Position numbers and translations under genes: made by a program
The notes under the pieces: generated by a model
Told to the model about the DNA's origin: nothing
Databases searched by the model: none
What the model saw: only the letters and a program-made list of their open reading frames with translations
Shown here: piece after piece, positions 60,794 through 64,000 of the stretch
Numbering within the stretch: the first letter of the stretch is position 1
How the letters are laid out: each line of letters starts with the position of its first letter
Origin: Acidobacteriota bacterium
Lineage (GTDB): Bacteria > Acidobacteriota > Polarisedimenticolia > Polarisedimenticolales > DASRJG01
Assembly: GCA_032124015.1 (NCBI GenBank)
Contig: JAQBEH010000114.1
Location: 936 to 64,935, forward strand
DNA length: 64,000 nucleotides
Reading direction: 5' to 3'

Positions 60794-61931
60794 GCGGCAG
60801 GTTGAAGGTGTCGCTCTTCGTTCGGTCGAGTGTCGCCGAGACCATTCGGAACGATGTGTCCGACGGTTTCAGATTGACGAACTTATCGACGATCTTTCTG
60901 TTCCTGTAGACGACGATCGTATTCTCGACGGATGGATCCACCCGGCTCAGATTGATCTCGCTGTCCGTGTCCGAAAGGGACGGAACGAAAGTCAGGGCGA
61001 CGCTTTTCAGGCCCAGCTCGCTTCCGAGTCGTTCCAGTTCTTCGCGTCGTTGGTCCTGGCTGTAGCCGTTTGCATTACCGTAAACGAAATAGGCCTTCAG
61101 GTGCTTGCCTCGGGAAAGGCTCTCTTGCTCGAGGAACGCGAGCCACTTCCTTATGTCTACCCAGCTTGGATGATTGCCCACGAAGTAGATGATGCCGTGG
61201 TAGCGCCCGTACTTGCAGACTGGGCAGGCTCTCGTTCCCGTGTCCGGCCCATACGCGTGAAAGGGAATGAACGACGGTTGGTCCTCGCCGATCGAAAGAC
61301 CGGAGAGTTGAGCCGGCGGGCTCGTTTGCGGATAGTTCGGAATGTTGAGTCCCAGAATGATGTCGTGTTCGGCGACTTGCACGTCACCGGCGGTGAACAA
61401 CCTCAGAATTCCGCTTCCGCCTCGATTCTCGAGGGCCTTGCGCCTCGGAGTTGTCAACAGGGGGTCGTCATCAAAGACGAGTTCATCGATGTAGTACTCG
61501 TTCTCGATTCTGGGCTCCTTGATCGAGACATGAATATGCGCGGGAATGGCCGCGTTGGGATAGGGTGCCGGCCGGATCGTCTGAATGGAGTACTTGCCGC
61601 TCGCGTCGGTTTTCACCCAACCGCGAATGTGGCCATGCCGCTTGGCTCTTTCGTCCATGCCACTTGAAGGCGAGTAGGTGCCGTTGCTATCCGTCTGCCA
61701 GTAGTAGACAACGACATCGGCCGCGGGCGTCCTGCCGTCACGTTCGTAGATGACACCGGTGACCCGGAGTTTTTGGCCCGTCTCCGTCCAACCTGCGCTC
61801 GTGTCGGTGAAGGTGATGTTTGCGGGCATTCCCACGAACATGAGTTCGCAGCCGTCGCAACCGCCGCCGACGAGAGGGGCCGCCTGGCCATGACAAGCGA
61901 ACGAGAGGGTGAGCAGGACGACGAAGCCCAT
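60780..61931 (-). CDS. fusion of intradiol-dioxygenase-like domain and thioredoxin-fold-like C-domain
   Basis: [13 protein letters not shown]...[23 protein letters not shown]...PAHIHV resembles the dioxygenase_C fold. The C-terminal half has a CPVC motif. Markedly low GC (line 60841: 28/60). Confidence 0.65.
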   Translation of the reverse strand: MGFVVLLTLSFACHGQAAPLVGGGCDGCELMFVGMPANITFTDTSAGWTETGQKLRVTGVIYERDGRTPAADVVVYYWQTDSNGTYSPSSGMDERAKRHGHIRGWVKTDASGKYSIQTIRPAPYPNAAIPAHIHVSIKEPRIENEYYIDELVFDDDPLLTTPRRKALENRGGSGILRLFTAGDVQVAEHDIILGLNIPNYPQTSPPAQLSGLSIGEDQPSFIPFHAYGPDTGTRACPVCKYGRYHGIIYFVGNHPSWVDIRKWLAFLEQESLSRGKHLKAYFVYGNANGYSQDQRREELERLGSELGLKSVALTFVPSLSDTDSEINLSRVDPSVENTIVVYRNRKIVDKFVNLKPSDTSFRMVSATLDRTKSDTFNLPPTTP

Positions 61932-61941
61932 GCGGACGAAG

Positions 61942-61976
61942 AACGGCCGCCCGGCTGAAGATGCCGGGCGGCCGTT
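61942..61976 (-). terminator. 14-bp-stem GC hairpin after PDZ paralogue 2
   Basis: AACGGCCGCCCGGC-7 nt-GCCGGGCGGCCGTT. Weak U tract. Ends 10 nt before ATG 61931. Confidence 0.5.
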
Positions 61977-61999
61977 CGCGATGGATGGTTCGGGGTAGC

Positions 62000-62506
62000 T
62001 CAGTTGGAGGCGACCTCAACGTGCTCTTTCATGTGGTTGTCGACCATCGCCTGGTAAATATCGGCGGGCATCTTGCCTAGGGTGACCGTGAGGTCCTTGG
62101 CCACGCCGTCCCTCTTCACCGTGTAGTCGACGGTCGAACCGGGCGTGAGCGGCTTCCAGGCGGCCTTGATGCGGGCCGCGTTGGCCTCGTTCATCTCGAT
62201 GCCGTTCAGAGCGTAGAGGACGTCGCCCGGCCGGAAGCCGGCTTTTTCTGCGGGGCTCCCCTTGACGACTTCCTTGATGACGCTCGATCCGTCTTCGATC
62301 TGGTCGTACTGGATGCCGAGCCAGCCGTGGTTTTTCGCTTCGGACATGTGGTTCATGCACTCTTCCTTGGTCGCGCTGCACTTTTTGGCGGATGCGGCGT
62401 AGGCGGCCTTGTCGGCGTGCTTCTCGCAATCGGCGCCGCCGGCGAGGGCTGCTGTGGCCATGGCAAACATCGCGAGTGGGGCAACGAGCATCAGGGGTCG
62501 GCTCAT
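62000..62506 (-). CDS. secreted PDZ-domain protein, paralogue 2
   Basis: Same architecture as 57880..58362: GWLGIQY...VVKGSPAEKAGFRPGDVLYALNG...MPADI...HMKEH. Three N-terminal Cys. Confidence 0.8.
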   Translation of the reverse strand: MSRPLMLVAPLAMFAMATAALAGGADCEKHADKAAYAASAKKCSATKEECMNHMSEAKNHGWLGIQYDQIEDGSSVIKEVVKGSPAEKAGFRPGDVLYALNGIEMNEANAARIKAAWKPLTPGSTVDYTVKRDGVAKDLTVTLGKMPADIYQAMVDNHMKEHVEVASN

Positions 62507-62653
62507 GGGGGGTCTCCTTCTTTCGTTGTTCGCGACTCGCGAATTGCGAGGTCGCGTCCTACGTGAATGAGACTACCGAGTCGCGTGGTAAATGTCTTAC
62601 CGCGTGACGTAAAGAGTGGTCAAAGTTGTAAGCGAGAAGTAAACAGCACCGGC

Positions 62654-63694
62654 TCAGGCCTCGTGTCGGATCGCAGCCGTCAGCTCGCGCAAGAGATACA
62701 AGACGATGGGGCCGACGAACAACCCGACGATGCCGAAGGCGAGGAGGCCCCCCACCATGCCCAAAAACAGCAGCATCGTCGGCAGCTTGACGCCGTCTTT
62801 CGCGAAGTAGGGTCTTAGAAAGTTGTCGATCGTGCTGATCACACCGGCGCCCCATGCGAACAGGATGACCGCCTTCCATACATGCCCGATCGTTCCCAAC
62901 CAAATCGCGACCGGAAGCCAGACGAGTGCCGTGCCGCCGGGGAGCACCGCGACGAAAAACATCGCGGCGCCCAGCGTGAACGCGTACGGTACGCCCAACA
63001 CCAGAAACGCGATCGTGCCGAGGGTCGCCTGGACGAAGGCGGTGAGCCCGACGCTGATGAACACGGTGCGGGTCATCAATCCCAGGTCGCGCATGATCCT
63101 GTCGGCGGTTTCCCCGGGAAGCGGCAGCACGCGAGCGACTGCCACGGCGAGAGAACGGCCGTGCGCGAAAAACGCGAACATCATGAAGAGCGTGACGAAG
63201 AAGGAGAACGCCAGGCCGAGTGCGCCTCCGACCAGTTTCGGGGCTCGGGTCGCGGCGACCGCGCCTATCTTCTTGACGAGGTTGATGCCCTCGGCCCTGA
63301 CGTCCATATCGGCGAGTCCGACCAGTTCTTTCGCCCGATCCAGGGCGGCTTCGAACCGGGGCCACCGCTCGTCGGCCCCAAGGTCCGGTCCGTTGGTGCT
63401 GTAGGTGGTTTGGACCCACGAGTACGCCCGGACCGAGCCCTGGACGACCTGAACCGCGGCAACGACGGCCGGGACGATGATGAATGCGGCGACGACGAGG
63501 GTGAGGAGTGTGGAGGCGGCCCAGGTTCGTCCGTGCAACCTGGCCACAAGGCGCTCGTGCAGCGGCCAGAAGGTCACGACCAGCACCGACGCCCAGATGA
63601 TTCCCGGCATGAACGGCTTGAGAACGAGCCAGGAGCACCACACGACCGCGGCGAGGAGGGCGGTGAACAGGATGGCGCCGACGTCGCGTTGCAT
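62654..63694 (-). CDS. AI-2E/PerM (UPF0118) family transporter
   Basis: About 8 TM. C-terminal GGLLAFGIVGLFVGPIVL motif. ATG 63694 chosen. Confidence 0.8.
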   Translation of the reverse strand: MQRDVGAILFTALLAAVVWCSWLVLKPFMPGIIWASVLVVTFWPLHERLVARLHGRTWAASTLLTLVVAAFIIVPAVVAAVQVVQGSVRAYSWVQTTYSTNGPDLGADERWPRFEAALDRAKELVGLADMDVRAEGINLVKKIGAVAATRAPKLVGGALGLAFSFFVTLFMMFAFFAHGRSLAVAVARVLPLPGETADRIMRDLGLMTRTVFISVGLTAFVQATLGTIAFLVLGVPYAFTLGAAMFFVAVLPGGTALVWLPVAIWLGTIGHVWKAVILFAWGAGVISTIDNFLRPYFAKDGVKLPTMLLFLGMVGGLLAFGIVGLFVGPIVLYLLRELTAAIRHEA

Positions 63695-63872
63695 CGGGGG
63701 AGACTCAACCACCCTCCGTTGCCTGTCAAGAGCGGACGCGCGAATCACGTTTTTGCTCGATTCCCCGAAGATCGCCTGACAGGGGTTTGCGCGGGGGGGC
63801 ACGCGGACCTAGTTATTTATGCGTTGTCACGCGCTCGTGGGGCCAGGGGGCGGCCCCCAAAGGAGATCGGTC

Positions 63873-64000
63873 ATGTCTTCCGGCGAATCGATTCTGGCCC
63901 GGGCCAAGTCGACCATCGACACCGCGGGGTTCCGCGAACAGAGTTGGACGGGGACCTTCGCGCAGTACCTCGACGTCGTTCGCCGAGAGCCGCGGGTGAC
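63873..64000 (+). CDS. prkA: PrkA-family serine protein kinase, N-terminal fragment running off the window
   Basis: AAAGGAG RBS then MSSGESILARAKSTIDTAGFREQSWTGTFAQYLDVVRREPRV. W.GTFA.YL..V...P.V matches the PrkA/YeaG N-terminus. Confidence 0.65.
   Translation, partial: MSSGESILARAKSTIDTAGFREQSWTGTFAQYLDVVRREPRV

Noticed and set aside
62545-62560. Possible second sigma-54 promoter (minus strand AGGACGCGACCTCGCA) upstream of PDZ paralogue 2
   Set aside because: Only the GG and GC dinucleotides and their spacing fit. The -24 hexamer is poor (AGGACG versus TGGCAC). It is embedded in a palindrome that explains the sequence equally well.
62654-63694. Link between the AI-2E family transporter and the LsrF-like gene as an AI-2 quorum-sensing system
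   Set aside because: The genes are more than 50 kb apart. AI-2E/PerM is a broad family whose name does not imply AI-2 transport. No lsrK/G/R/ACDB or luxS is present in the window.

Overview
High-GC bacterial chromosomal segment. Hand counts of typical 60-nt lines give 42-51 G+C. It is densely packed with about 65 protein genes plus one tRNA-Trp. I saw no rRNA, CRISPR array, transposase or integrase. Taxon cannot be fixed from sequence alone; the gene content (multihaem-TPR lipoproteins, PDZ/M23 envelope proteins, many ECF sigma factors) fits an Acidobacteria-like or similar organism.

Housekeeping genes: accD (partial), folC, trmB, dprA-topA, alr, rfbBA, purEK and prkA (partial).

Accessory modules:
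- A thiolase next to a Zn-ADH/LsrF-like aldolase pair.
- A nucleotidyltransferase two-gene cassette.
- A GT2 gene remnant.
- A low-GC YhcG nuclease.
- Two ECF sigma/anti-sigma operons, one of them ZAS-type and divergent from a TolC-MFP-RND pump.
- A roughly 9.5 kb co-directional metal cluster: cusCBA-like pump, a small Cys/His periplasmic protein, a dihaem cytochrome c, a TRASH-NosL lipoprotein, a membrane protein and an MBL hydrolase.
- A lower-GC beta-PGM/GH65 fusion gene abutting the 3-prime remnant of a copA-type P1B-ATPase.
- A regulatory island with two paralogous secreted PDZ proteins, a sigma-54 two-component system, an OmpR-type two-component system, and a low-GC dioxygenase-like/thioredoxin-like fusion.

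Most interesting signals:
- A near-consensus sigma-54 promoter in front of the cus-like operon, together with a PDZ-HK-EBP operon that looks like a ZraPSR analogue.
- The redox and chaperone genes appended to the cus operon.
- A 72-aa stand-alone histidine-kinase DHp-like protein translationally coupled to a THEP1-type P-loop NTPase.
- A family of palindromic intergenic elements (core GGGGACAC) at convergent gene ends that supply the stop codons.

Many long Arg/Pro/Gly-rich ORFs in the track are antisense shadows of real genes and were rejected.
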